Assembly (NCBI GenBank): GCA_009995545.1
Contig: JAACPI010000002.1
Location: forward strand, 2,965 to 66,964
DNA: 64,000 bases
Direction of reading: 5' to 3'
Source of the DNA: a bacterium
GTDB lineage: Bacteria; Patescibacteriota; WWE3; 2-01-FULL-39-13; JAACPI01
Numbering within the stretch: the first letter of the stretch is position 1; each line of letters opens with the position of its first letter. Below are positions 8,601-17,369 of the stretch, piece by piece. Both the position numbers and the translations under genes were made by a program. The notes beneath the pieces were generated by a model. That model was not told the DNA's origin. It did no database searches and worked only from the letters and a program-made list of their open reading frames with translations.

Positions 8601-10824
8601 GATTTAAAGAAAAGGTCCCCACTTTAAAATAAATATTTGGGACATAAGAATCTAAAGCTTTCTCGGTAATAGTGTTAATGCCGGTATTTAAAGAAACCAC
8701 TTTATATTTATGCGTGTTAGCTCTTTCAACACTAAATAAAACATCTCGAGAGGTATCCGAATTAACTAAAAATTTTATTGTATCTCCAGGTGCGTAGAAA
8801 TCTTTCTCTGCTTTTATGTTAAGGGTGCTATCTAGATCAGAGGAACCAACATATTCTTTATCTGTAGCCCAAGCATAAAATTTATTTTGTAAGATGTTAC
8901 CTTTTTTGTCCGTGCCGCTAATCAGTATTTCGTAAGATCCTGATTTTTGCGGTGTAAAGCTTAGTGTTACCTCCCCCTCTTCATTGGTAGTTCCTACAGA
9001 CTCCAGAATCTTATCTTCTCTTTTTTCGTAATTAGGATACTTAGAATCTTTTGAATAAATTTTTTCCCACCAAATTCTTTTAACCTCGTAAGTTAAATTT
9101 ATGTTGTCTAAATTAACCAAATCAGTTGTATTGTTTTTAAGAATAATATCTAAGTCGACTGGTTTACCTACTAAAGAAGAGTAAGAGTAGTTTTGCTGTA
9201 AAATACTAAATTCTCCGTTGTAAACATACGCGTTAACTGCGTCTTTAACTGGATTACCGCTTTGATCAGTGTAAGACACTTCGATATTATAAATTTGGTT
9301 TCTTAAAGGGTCTTTGTTCTTTACAGCTTTAAAAGATAGTATACCAACCCCATTATTATCTAACTCGAGTTCACCGGTTTTTATTGAATTGCCTACGCCG
9401 TAATTAGGATACCAATGTTGCTCTGTGGATAAAAAGTTACTTAAATAAGTATAAGTATAAGTATCTGCAGAACTTATAGAATAATTTACCTTTGAATTGG
9501 ATAAAGGTTGGCCCGAAAAATAACTACCCTGAATTGAAAAAGCCATATCTTCACCTACTGTATAGGTACTTTTATCGGCCTTTATGCTAATTGTGTACTC
9601 TGGTTTACGGTAATGTTCAACATCAAAGTAAACTAGAGTTTCATAATTTTTTTCATTTGTAGGATCTCTAACAATTAGATAATGAGATTTATTAGTACTA
9701 GTCTTTTCGGGAAGAATAAACTCACCGGAAACACCCCCAAACTCATCTGGAACCTTAGTTTGAGAGTACAAAGGATCTCCCTCCCAAGAGTCTCTAATTT
9801 CAACTATTAAAGGAGCTGTATTAATAGTGTACTGAGAATCATTGTCTTGTCTTGTAAAAACTTTAAAATTTATTTTATCCCCGGGTTTGTAAATAGGTTT
9901 GTCAGTAAAACCAAAGTATTTAAGACTAGGTTTAAATTTGGTAAATCTATCATAGTCGTAAGAGTTCAAATAAACTAAATTAAGAGGGATAAGTGCCACT
10001 TGATCCTTGTAGTAAGCCAGAGCGATATCAGCTTTGGAGTCTAGTTCAGTTTCTATTAAGCCTTGAGATGAAAACTTTTTTTCTGAAATCTTGTCTTTTT
10101 TATCTTTAAGGCTGTATATGTCTAAGTTTCCTTCGTTAATACTCTTACCCGATAAAAAACTCTGTCCCCAAAATACAAAACTATCTTTATTTTGGGTACT
10201 GTAGACCCCAAAGTTAGAAACTATAACGTAAGCTTTAGAACTTTGATCGCCTAAACTAATGTCAATGTAAAATATTCCGGCTTCGTTTATAGGAAGGTCT
10301 ACATTAGCCTCACCGGAGTCATATTCCCCTAAAGGAACATCAAAGTCTAAAGAACCTAAATAGCTGTAACTCTCGTCATTTAATTCGGGCTGTTTGTTAG
10401 TTTGTTCGGTTGAGCCATTATCATTTGTTTTATATTGTAGGTATTTTAAAACTTCCGCTATATCCGTTTTATAAAGAGCAATTTTACCGTTTTTAGCTGT
10501 TTTATAGGCACCAATACGTAAGTTAATTTTATCAACAGAAGAATATGAAATAACCCCACCCATACTGTAGGCATAATCACCCCCAGAAATATGTATATAA
10601 GAAAAACTATTAGACGCAGATGTGCCTAAAACAGTTTTTTCTGAATCATTATTTTGTACAAAAGAATCTTCTTCAATGGAAATATTTTTTGGCGGTACAG
10701 GTTTGTGAATCAATCCAAAATTAAACAGAAAATAATAAGCTAAAGGTACAACTGACAAAAAAATAGCTATTAAATACTTTGAAAACTTTAGAATATTAAA
10801 CTTCGTTTTAGAAGATTTAGGCAT
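5668..10824 (-). CDS. alpha-2-macroglobulin family protein (1718 aa), membrane-anchored at both ends, with embedded Hint domain
   Basis: Size and repetitive beta-rich architecture; thioester-site motif YYPYGCVEQTT (CxEQ, nt 7233-7244) as in bacterial A2M (CLEQ) and eukaryotic GCGEQ; N-terminal and C-terminal TM helices. Confidence 0.75.
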   Translation of the reverse strand: MPKSSKTKFNILKFSKYLIAIFLSVVPLAYYFLFNFGLIHKPVPPKNISIEEDSFVQNNDSEKTVLGTSASNSFSYIHISGGDYAYSMGGVISYSSVDKINLRIGAYKTAKNGKIALYKTDIAEVLKYLQYKTNDNGSTEQTNKQPELNDESYSYLGSLDFDVPLGEYDSGEANVDLPINEAGIFYIDISLGDQSSKAYVIVSNFGVYSTQNKDSFVFWGQSFLSGKSINEGNLDIYSLKDKKDKISEKKFSSQGLIETELDSKADIALAYYKDQVALIPLNLVYLNSYDYDRFTKFKPSLKYFGFTDKPIYKPGDKINFKVFTRQDNDSQYTINTAPLIVEIRDSWEGDPLYSQTKVPDEFGGVSGEFILPEKTSTNKSHYLIVRDPTNEKNYETLVYFDVEHYRKPEYTISIKADKSTYTVGEDMAFSIQGSYFSGQPLSNSKVNYSISSADTYTYTYLSNFLSTEQHWYPNYGVGNSIKTGELELDNNGVGILSFKAVKNKDPLRNQIYNIEVSYTDQSGNPVKDAVNAYVYNGEFSILQQNYSYSSLVGKPVDLDIILKNNTTDLVNLDNINLTYEVKRIWWEKIYSKDSKYPNYEKREDKILESVGTTNEEGEVTLSFTPQKSGSYEILISGTDKKGNILQNKFYAWATDKEYVGSSDLDSTLNIKAEKDFYAPGDTIKFLVNSDTSRDVLFSVERANTHKYKVVSLNTGINTITEKALDSYVPNIYFKVGTFSLNQYIISSDSLDISSESKKLNVSLLPSSTKYGPGENVELKINTKDLTGANKSSEVTVWVVDKALFELSTSRMGNIFDTFWYQRYNNTTYSHSLEGIVVNTAERGGGCFAGDTDVLMQNGKTKNIQDIKVGDFVSTLSSDENGDMVTAKVLKTFKHTVSGYLIINGSLKVTPEHILNLNDTWQEAADTEIGDHLVGINGQQITVGSVEYIKGSFEVYNLEIENEHTYIAGGVWVHNDKGNLRSEFKDVAYWNPSVITDSNGNANINFKVPDNLTTWSILAVAASKDTAVGQNVTDITVSKDLVVRPILPNILRVGDSIILSSLIQNFSENTLEIEAKLESENLDIKSNLSKQISLATKEISQLFWKLVPKEAGDTKIKFSALSSNLSDEVEVSIPTITPGYWNKYAFNSSDSSSFKYTPSKNYDPKISKLEINLAPSLATSLLSQMDYLIYYPYGCVEQTTSRLVPAIIAAENPNIFPNLKQAKNLDEIINKGISRLMELQKYDGGWRWWGDGESDTYVSSYVYEYLIRSKNLGYEMDEYKLSLAKSYLLTKANNINTDSTIDRIFATYALSTDPSSKLTVKPLDADLFKNLPADVAATGVLLNTNLGVLDPGKSGLNELLSKKSELGDGIYWDYRDKDRFNSNYIPTATALKALVNSSTQSKEIKGVSESVVRYITAGLKDNGYYWSNTHATAKVIDALISYSKNSGEVNPSFDYEVTINGISISNGKVTAIGQSISTIEVDSNLLNNKDNTVEIIKNGEGKLYSTVLFKEFVNDQNDKGASNGITISRKYINTKGPDYNIAVGDLVNVMIEVNTSGSPYRYSVIEDKLPSGMIPVNTKLKNEANNNDYNLGDIEYLPDGVIKYQNSLDREVFSYTARVINAGEFTTPGAYAEVMYSPEVNARSASEKVKIDLESKKSLTSITKNFTKEYQKYIFLSIAVLFIFLLAIFFRTKYSQKTKSFLKLKGKKTNTELNEDSEV
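7904..8289 (-). other. Hint (Hedgehog/intein) domain, about 129 aa, embedded in the A2M-like ORF; mini-intein blocks A, B, F, G present but +1 residue is Asp
   Basis: GGG-CFAGDTDVLMQNG (block A, GCF as in Hedgehog), TPEH (block B TxxH), EVYNLEIENEHTYIAGG (block F), VWVHN (block G) followed by DKG. Confidence 0.7.
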
Positions 10825-10941
10825 TTAAATAATAATAGTACAAAGATAACTTTATAGAAAGAAATTTTAAACAATAGATAAAAACATAAACATAAACTAG
10901 AATAATTCATATAGAACTAAATATTAATTTTAAATAAAAAA

Positions 10942-11337
10942 ATGGAAGCAACAAAGCCCTCCCCAAAAGTTTCAAAGCAAGTTCCAGTCAATGATAATAG
11001 TACTTTAATAGCAATTTTAACCTTACTATTTATCAACCCCTTTGGAGTTTTTTATATGTGGTGGAAAGCCTCTTGGCACGTAGGGGTTAAAATTGTTGTT
11101 ACTATTTTTTCGGTACTATCTTGGTTAATCATGATACCTTTAGTTGTTGGGGTAATCCTACTAGCTATAAATCCAGAAGGACGAAATGCAGTTAACACAG
11201 GGATTGCTTGTGGAAAACAATGCCAGAATGCTACAGACATTGAAGCCTGTACACAAGAGTGCCTACAGCAAAATTTAGACATGGAGTTTGTAAACGATGC
11301 AGATGGTGCACAAGAAATACCAAAAATGGAGAAATAA
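10942..11337 (+). CDS. small membrane protein with Cys-rich C-terminal tail
   Basis: Two TM helices; C-terminal CGKQCQNATDIEACTQEC; no family assigned. Confidence 0.45.
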   Translation: MEATKPSPKVSKQVPVNDNSTLIAILTLLFINPFGVFYMWWKASWHVGVKIVVTIFSVLSWLIMIPLVVGVILLAINPEGRNAVNTGIACGKQCQNATDIEACTQECLQQNLDMEFVNDADGAQEIPKMEK

Positions 11338-11363
11338 AATTAGATAACATAATTTAACTTTAA

Positions 11364-11399
11364 CCCCGGGTAAGTAATTGGACCTGGGGTTTTTGTTTT
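11364..11399 (+). terminator. candidate rho-independent terminator
   Basis: ccccggg ... cctgggg stem (one G-U pair, 12-nt loop) followed by TTTTTGTTTT. Confidence 0.4.
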
Positions 11400-11426
11400 A
11401 AGTAAGCATAGGCTATTATTATATAA

Positions 11427-11801
11427 ATGAGTATTCCTAAAAGTCAGTATTCTGTAATATTCTTTTCACTCTTCGTCTTTGTAGGATCTTTTTTTTACTT
11501 TAATAAGAACGACAAACAAAGCACAAATGTTAAAGGAACCACAAAATCAAGAGAGATTCAAACTCCTGTAGATGCTCTAGTAATTAATCAAGACAGTACC
11601 GAAAATTCAGAACAAATTGTATACACCACAAGATTTACTAAAGATCAGCTAGACCAGTATTATAAAGAGCTATCTATTTTAGAGGGTTGGAAACAAATTA
11701 GCCCAGAAAACTATACCTTAGAGGGGAAAAACATTTACATTAAGGTTGAAAAAGAGTCGGAAGAAAAAAACCTAGTGACTTTAGAGTACGAGAACAACTA
11801 A
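11427..11801 (+). CDS. hypothetical membrane-anchored protein
   Basis: N-terminal TM helix, no motif recognised. Confidence 0.4.
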   Translation: MSIPKSQYSVIFFSLFVFVGSFFYFNKNDKQSTNVKGTTKSREIQTPVDALVINQDSTENSEQIVYTTRFTKDQLDQYYKELSILEGWKQISPENYTLEGKNIYIKVEKESEEKNLVTLEYENN

Positions 11802-11810
11802 CCCATTAAT

Positions 11811-13592
11811 TTAAATCCCTCGTCGGTACAAGGCTGCCCAAGGCACATAGTAGCTTTTAAACTCATCGTCGTATAAAACCTTATTATCTTTAGTTACTTT
11901 GCGCGTAAAAGAGGCGCTGGCTCCGTATGAGGGCCACTCTTCTTGAATAATAGTACCTTTTGGTAAGGAAGGATCATCAACATAAACTGGTGCTGGAGGG
12001 GGAACTTGACTTAAGATTTTAGGCTCACTCAAGTCAACAGTTCTACCATCTTTTGTTCCGTAAATTTTAACTTCGAGTTTTTTAGCCTGAATATCTAAAA
12101 CAGTGTATACCAATATATAATTTTCCATATCATTTTTGAAAACGAAATCTACAGAAGGTTGGTAGATTGTGGCATCCAAACCAATAGGAGACTTTTCTTC
12201 GTAATAGCTGACTCTGTAGGCATGCGCCGTTCTTTTAACAATAGGTAAACCGGCATAAAGAGCTGCCCTAAATACAGTTGTGCTAACCTGACAAACCCCG
12301 CCCCCGGTACCTAAAACAGTTCTGCCCTTGCTAATAATGTAACCCGTGTTAAAACCATGTTCTACATCAATTGGACCAACAGCATCATTAAAACTAAAGT
12401 TTTCTCCAGGTGCAACTAAGGTTCCTTTAACTTTTTGGCTGGCAGTGGCAATGTTGCTAATTCTATTAGAACTACTGTGAGAAAAATAAGAAACTCCCTC
12501 TGCGATTAGTTCTTTTATGCCATAATCGTTGGCATTTTGTTCTGGCCGTGTCTCCGAAATGTCTAAAGCAATAGAATTATTAACATCTTTTAAAGCGTTA
12601 AAATCATAGCTTTTAATATACTGGGATAAGTCGTTTTCGAGTGTAGACCTGTTGATTGATAAACCTAGTACAGGAGGACTAAACACAATATCCCCATTTT
12701 CTTTTAGCTCAAACTGGGTACTTTTTGCTTCAACATCAACCTTAGACCCTACAATATTTATAAAAGATAAAATACCATATTTATTTGGGGTAATTAGCAA
12801 CGTGCCTTGGGGGTTTTTACTAAAATCTAATAAAGATAATTTTTCTGAAGAGTTTGCAGAAACCTCAATATTCTTATATGTAAAAAACAAGGGGGACTGT
12901 AAGTAATACTCGACTCCTTGAGTAAAGGGTTCTAGGTCGCTGCCAAATATCGTAGGAACATACTCACTGGTAACTAACTGGTGTTCAAACTTGTAAGTTA
13001 AAAAACCTTTTTCAATATCTTTTTTTACACTTAGTAAATCCAGTAGTAAACCCGGCTGGGCTTCTTGGATTATCAATTCTTCTTGATCATTTAATATAAA
13101 ACTTGCATTACTTACCTGAGGATATTTTTGCGCCGAAAAGTTAGCTAACAAAGAGTTTAATTTAGATTCTTCGTAGTGGTAATCTAAAGAAATATTTTCT
13201 ACAGGTTTAAAAAAACCAATGGCGTAAGTTAACGGGGATAAAAAATTCTGCCTACCAGTGCTAAATACTTTCGTATAAGTACTAGTTAAATCATATTTAA
13301 AGTCTAAATCACTTAAACTTATTTCGTAAACACTCTTCTCTCCGTCTGCTGTAGAAGAAAAATAAAGCTTAATAGTATCCGGGTGATTAAAATATAAGTT
13401 TTTTAGTTTTTCGTGTGCCTCTTTTTTAGTCAGTCCACCAAAATACTGATCATTAACATAAACACCAGGAAGTATACGGGTTGAAAAATAAAAATTGTAG
13501 GAGGCTACAGCAAAAAAACAAATGCTAAAAAAATACAAAGCCCCGCTTATAGGAGGTAAGGAGAACCTTACCTTAGGTAGTTGGTTTATCAT
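11811..13592 (-). CDS. VanW-family protein (YoaR-like)
   Basis: N-terminal TM; C-terminal VanW-type motif GGGVCQVSTTVFRAALYAGLPIV. Confidence 0.65.
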   Translation of the reverse strand: MINQLPKVRFSLPPISGALYFFSICFFAVASYNFYFSTRILPGVYVNDQYFGGLTKKEAHEKLKNLYFNHPDTIKLYFSSTADGEKSVYEISLSDLDFKYDLTSTYTKVFSTGRQNFLSPLTYAIGFFKPVENISLDYHYEESKLNSLLANFSAQKYPQVSNASFILNDQEELIIQEAQPGLLLDLLSVKKDIEKGFLTYKFEHQLVTSEYVPTIFGSDLEPFTQGVEYYLQSPLFFTYKNIEVSANSSEKLSLLDFSKNPQGTLLITPNKYGILSFINIVGSKVDVEAKSTQFELKENGDIVFSPPVLGLSINRSTLENDLSQYIKSYDFNALKDVNNSIALDISETRPEQNANDYGIKELIAEGVSYFSHSSSNRISNIATASQKVKGTLVAPGENFSFNDAVGPIDVEHGFNTGYIISKGRTVLGTGGGVCQVSTTVFRAALYAGLPIVKRTAHAYRVSYYEEKSPIGLDATIYQPSVDFVFKNDMENYILVYTVLDIQAKKLEVKIYGTKDGRTVDLSEPKILSQVPPPAPVYVDDPSLPKGTIIQEEWPSYGASASFTRKVTKDNKVLYDDEFKSYYVPWAALYRRGI

Positions 13593-14133
13593 TATTACTA
13601 TTAGTTAGAGATCTTCGTTTTTGTCTTACCAAAAATCTAGACAGGTCTTCTCCTAAATCTGTATATTTATCAGCGGCCTCTATCAAAGAGCTACTTGTAG
13701 TTTTTCTAAAAGACATGACTTCAACCTTGCATCCTTGATTATTCTGTAGATACCTTACCAAAGGAACATAATCACCATCCCCCCCAACTAAAACTACTAC
13801 GTCTACTTTAGAGGCTAAAGTTACTGCATCTATGGTTAAACCCACATCCCAGTCGCCTTTTTTAGCACCCCCAGAGAAAATTTGGAGCTCTTTAGCTCTA
13901 ACCTCATAACCCTGTGACTCTAGAGCATCAAAAAAGTCCTGCTCTTTTCCAACGTCTGCTTTTATAACATAGGCGAACGCCCGCATTAGATTTCGATCCC
14001 CCACACCCGCAGATAAGGTTTCACCAAAATTTAAGTTAGAGGAGTACAAGTTTTTACAGGAATAGTACATATTTTGAACATCCACAAAAACCCCTACCCG
14101 CTGTTCTTTAAAAGAAATATTTTTATAAGCCAT
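13573..14133 (-). CDS. NYN/LabA-like (PIN-fold) domain protein
   Basis: VGVFVDVQNMYYS ... VVVLVGGDGDYVPLV pattern typical of NYN/LabA; 20-nt overlap with VanW gene. Confidence 0.6.
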   Translation of the reverse strand: MAYKNISFKEQRVGVFVDVQNMYYSCKNLYSSNLNFGETLSAGVGDRNLMRAFAYVIKADVGKEQDFFDALESQGYEVRAKELQIFSGGAKKGDWDVGLTIDAVTLASKVDVVVLVGGDGDYVPLVRYLQNNQGCKVEVMSFRKTTSSSLIEAADKYTDLGEDLSRFLVRQKRRSLTNSNNDKPTT

Positions 14134-14164
14134 AGTTATTTAAATTTTAAAATAGAACAAAACT

Positions 14165-14407
14165 TTAGTTTAAGCTAGTTGTTCTTCTTATGTAAGTGAT
14201 TACACCGAAAATTAAAAAAATTGTCCCAACAACTGCAAAAAATAAACTTAATAAATAGGTATTGGGGCCCTCAAAAAAACTAAAAATACCAAGTCCAAAG
14301 GCCATAAAGGCAAATGAAGTTCTGGCGTAAGATAAAGCAGTCCTCTCTATAGCCAACTTAGTTTGTATATAAGAATACTTAGCAATATCTTCAACGTGCT
14401 TCTTCAT
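14165..14407 (-). CDS. DUF202/YidH-like small membrane protein
   Basis: LAIERTALSYARTSFAFMAFGLGI motif and two TM helices. Confidence 0.5.
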   Translation of the reverse strand: MKKHVEDIAKYSYIQTKLAIERTALSYARTSFAFMAFGLGIFSFFEGPNTYLLSLFFAVVGTIFLIFGVITYIRRTTSLN

Positions 14408-14537
14408 TTAGGCAAGAAAATTTGTACTTTTTTAAATCCATTTATGAGCAACTTTAAACTCAGGTACCAAGTATATCTTAACACGAGTTCTAATTTTTCT
14501 CTTAGTATAAATCTATAAACAATCTATAATATAAGTA

Positions 14538-15161
14538 ATGCCAGACGATAAAAGTCCTAATCTTGTTAAAAAATACATATTAGACATAAATGAAAATTCA
14601 ATTAAGGACATTAGCAAAGTTTCTGAAAAAAATCGAAAGGGTGTAGAAGAAATAATTGCCCTTAAAAAAAAGCGAGCAGAAAGCCCAAAAACTTACTATG
14701 TGAATGGTAATAAAATTGAAAATTCGGAAAAAAAAGTACAGGGACTATTAAAAAAACTTACTGAAAAAAACCCTGATTTAGCATATGAAAGCAATTATAA
14801 CTTACTTCAACTCAGTAACGTAAAATTTATCTTTGCCCTCTCCATAATTTTGGGTATTACCTATACCTTTGGAATATACTTTATATACCAAGTTTTTAGA
14901 TTGACCTACCACCTACCTTACCTTCCTCAAGTTAGTAACTTTGTAATAGGTGCCCTAGCGGGAATAGCAAGTTACGAAATAATTTTAAAAAAGAAAGAGG
15001 AAGAACTAAATAACCTTCTATTAAAAGGTATTATTTTGGATGTTAAAAAGGAATATGCAAGACAAAAAAATGAATTCGCCTTTGAAATAGCTTATTTTAC
15101 ACCTGTTTTAGTATTTGCTCTTTTAATCGTAGAGTATGTAATTATTTTGGCTGTTTTTTAA
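14538..15161 (+). CDS. hypothetical membrane protein
   Basis: Lys-rich N-terminal half, three predicted TM helices; no motif. Confidence 0.4.
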   Translation: MPDDKSPNLVKKYILDINENSIKDISKVSEKNRKGVEEIIALKKKRAESPKTYYVNGNKIENSEKKVQGLLKKLTEKNPDLAYESNYNLLQLSNVKFIFALSIILGITYTFGIYFIYQVFRLTYHLPYLPQVSNFVIGALAGIASYEIILKKKEEELNNLLLKGIILDVKKEYARQKNEFAFEIAYFTPVLVFALLIVEYVIILAVF

Positions 15162-15678
15162 AAAGATAAATAGCAGAAAACAAGGCAGTAAGCATAAAAG
15201 CTGAAAAAGCCATAAAAGGTATTGTTACGTAATTAAAATTCATTATAAATTGCTGGGAACAATCTAAAGAATAACCCACAGCTGAACAAGAAGCTCCCGT
15301 AGCCCAACCCCTCTGTAAAGCATAATGATAAAAGGCCAAGGGAGCACCTAAAACGGACAAAACTAAAGTATAGCGAACGATATTTTTATCTTTTAAAATT
15401 ATAGCTAACCAATATAAAAAAACCTGCGGGTACATAAAAATTCTTTGATACCAACACAACTTACAGGGTGCATACTGTAAAATTTCGGAATAATATAAGC
15501 TACCTATAGTAGCGGTAAAAACTATTATCAGATTTAAAAATAAGACCCAGTCTTTAATATATTTGGTACAAAAACACCTAAACTTAAAAATAATGCTAGA
15601 CAAGTTCATTAACCCAACTAGTAGAAAAATAAAGTTAGCAAAAATAGTTAAATAAGGAAGAATTATTTTAAAAGACAT
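15142..15678 (-). CDS. DsbB/BdbC-family disulfide bond formation protein
   Basis: GSLYYSEILQYAPCKLCWYQRIFMYP closely matches B. subtilis BdbC CxxC region; second Cys pair CSAVGYSLDC; 4 TM; real start may be an internal Met. Confidence 0.75.
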   Translation of the reverse strand: MSFKIILPYLTIFANFIFLLVGLMNLSSIIFKFRCFCTKYIKDWVLFLNLIIVFTATIGSLYYSEILQYAPCKLCWYQRIFMYPQVFLYWLAIILKDKNIVRYTLVLSVLGAPLAFYHYALQRGWATGASCSAVGYSLDCSQQFIMNFNYVTIPFMAFSAFMLTALFSAIYLFKKQPK

Positions 15679-15729
15679 GAGAATACTATATAGCCAATTG
15701 CAGACAAAATGAAGCTTCTAAGGGGTAAA

Positions 15730-15755
15730 CAAAAAAGCGGGGCACTGACGCCCCG
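15730..15755 (-). terminator. rho-independent terminator after 15781..16284
   Basis: gcggggc-actgac-gccccgc perfect 7-bp GC stem flanked by A6 (T6 on minus strand) and T4. Confidence 0.7.
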
Positions 15756-15780
15756 CTTTTAAACTTTCACTGTGGGTTTT

Positions 15781-16284
15781 TTATCTGTTTCTACCCAAGG
15801 AGAGACCGTACTGTTCTAATACAGATCTTATTTGATCTCTAAAACCAGCTACCTTTTCTCTAAAAGAATTTCTAACATCTGCTGTATCAGATCTAAATTC
15901 TTCTCTTCCCTCTAAAGTTGTCTTGTCGTAATTTTCGGATTCAGTCATCATATAATTATGCATTTCATCTCTTGCACTGTCTAAAGCCTCTTCTTGATTC
16001 TTTAAGTCTGCAGTATTAAACCCCGCTTCTTCTAATTGTGCAAATCTCTCACCCATTCTCTGCTCTCTTTGACCTTGTCTTTCAGATCTTAACGCATCTC
16101 TTTCATCTTGAGTTAAATTAACCATTTGCTCATGACGAGCTTCTGGGTTTTGCATTTTAAATCCTTGTCCATCACCAGCGCCGTTTCCTCCAAAGGCGGA
16201 TACGCCTGAAACCCCGCTAAAAAATAGGGTGGAGGAAATTAAAACGGCAGGCAAAATATATGATTTATATTTTGTGTTTTTCAT
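15781..16284 (-). CDS. secreted Cys-free charged helical protein, possibly Spy/CpxP/ZraP-like periplasmic stress protein
   Basis: Signal peptide; Arg/Glu/Gln-rich helical repeats (NLTQDERDALRSERQGQREQR); sits downstream of a two-component system. Confidence 0.3.
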   Translation of the reverse strand: MKNTKYKSYILPAVLISSTLFFSGVSGVSAFGGNGAGDGQGFKMQNPEARHEQMVNLTQDERDALRSERQGQREQRMGERFAQLEEAGFNTADLKNQEEALDSARDEMHNYMMTESENYDKTTLEGREEFRSDTADVRNSFREKVAGFRDQIRSVLEQYGLSLGRNR

Positions 16285-16392
16285 AATTATTTATGAAATT
16301 AATACTAGGTATACTTTAGCAACCCAAAGTAAGAGTAAGGTAAGCCGAGGTTAATAAAAAAATAAGGGGAGGGCAATAATAAAGGGCTATTT

Positions 16393-17364
16393 TTAGGAAC
16401 TCCAAGTTAAGGTAACTTCAGTGCCTCGGCCCTCTCTACTTTTCAAATCAACAATAAAGTTATTTTTTTCGGCAATCTTTTTTACTAAAGATAACCCAAT
16501 TCCAGAACCCTGAACTTTTCGGGTTACAGTATTGTCTTCTCTATAAAAACTTTCAAATATTTTACCAAGGTTTTCTTTTTTAACGCCTATACCTTGGTTT
16601 AGTACCGAAATAATTTTGTTTTTATCTTTAATTTTAGAAGAAATTATAATTTTAGACTTTGGATTTGAGTATTTAATAGCGTTGTCTAGAATAATAGATA
16701 AGCTAGTTTGTATCTGATCTTTAGACCCTTCTATTACAAAATTATCTAAAATCGAATCGACGATCGTTAACCCTTGTTCTTTGGCCGAATACCTTTTACC
16801 TTCAATACAAGAATCTATAATTTCTTTAGCTTTAAATTTTTCGTTTTGCGTTTTGGATTTATCTATTCTAACTAATGTTAGTAGGCTATCTGTTATGCTC
16901 TGTATCCTATCAGCCTCTTCTTCAACACTAGATATAAAATTGGCGTAATCATTTTTAGAAGCATTTTTTAAAGCCTTAATATTTTCTACCTCTAGCTTTA
17001 TATTTTGTACAGGGGTTCTAAGTTCGTGAGAAACATCCCCCGCAAACTCCTCTTTTTGCTTTAAAGATTTTTCAATTGGTTTAAGAGTTGCCCCACTTAA
17101 AAAGTAAGCTACAAAGGCTGAAGGAATAAGTAAAACTAAATCAAAAATTAAAGTTCTATTCCTAAAGTTGTATTCCAAATTTTGAAATCTATTTTCCATT
17201 CGGTGCAGAGTTCTTTCAACAGCGTCATCATTCATTCTAAATTTTTGCACCTCTGACCTGTGCGTAGTCAAGGAAACTAAAAAAGACATACTTACGATAC
17301 ACAAGAATATTATTATATAAATTAAAGTAAGTTTTAATCTTGCTGTTTTAAGTTCTATCCCCAT
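16393..17364 (-). CDS. sensor histidine kinase
   Basis: TM helices, H-box SHELRTPV, HATPase motifs DNAIKYS, NQGIGV, GSGIGLS. Confidence 0.85.
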   Translation of the reverse strand: MGIELKTARLKLTLIYIIIFLCIVSMSFLVSLTTHRSEVQKFRMNDDAVERTLHRMENRFQNLEYNFRNRTLIFDLVLLIPSAFVAYFLSGATLKPIEKSLKQKEEFAGDVSHELRTPVQNIKLEVENIKALKNASKNDYANFISSVEEEADRIQSITDSLLTLVRIDKSKTQNEKFKAKEIIDSCIEGKRYSAKEQGLTIVDSILDNFVIEGSKDQIQTSLSIILDNAIKYSNPKSKIIISSKIKDKNKIISVLNQGIGVKKENLGKIFESFYREDNTVTRKVQGSGIGLSLVKKIAEKNNFIVDLKSREGRGTEVTLTWSS

Positions 17365-17369
17365 ACAAT

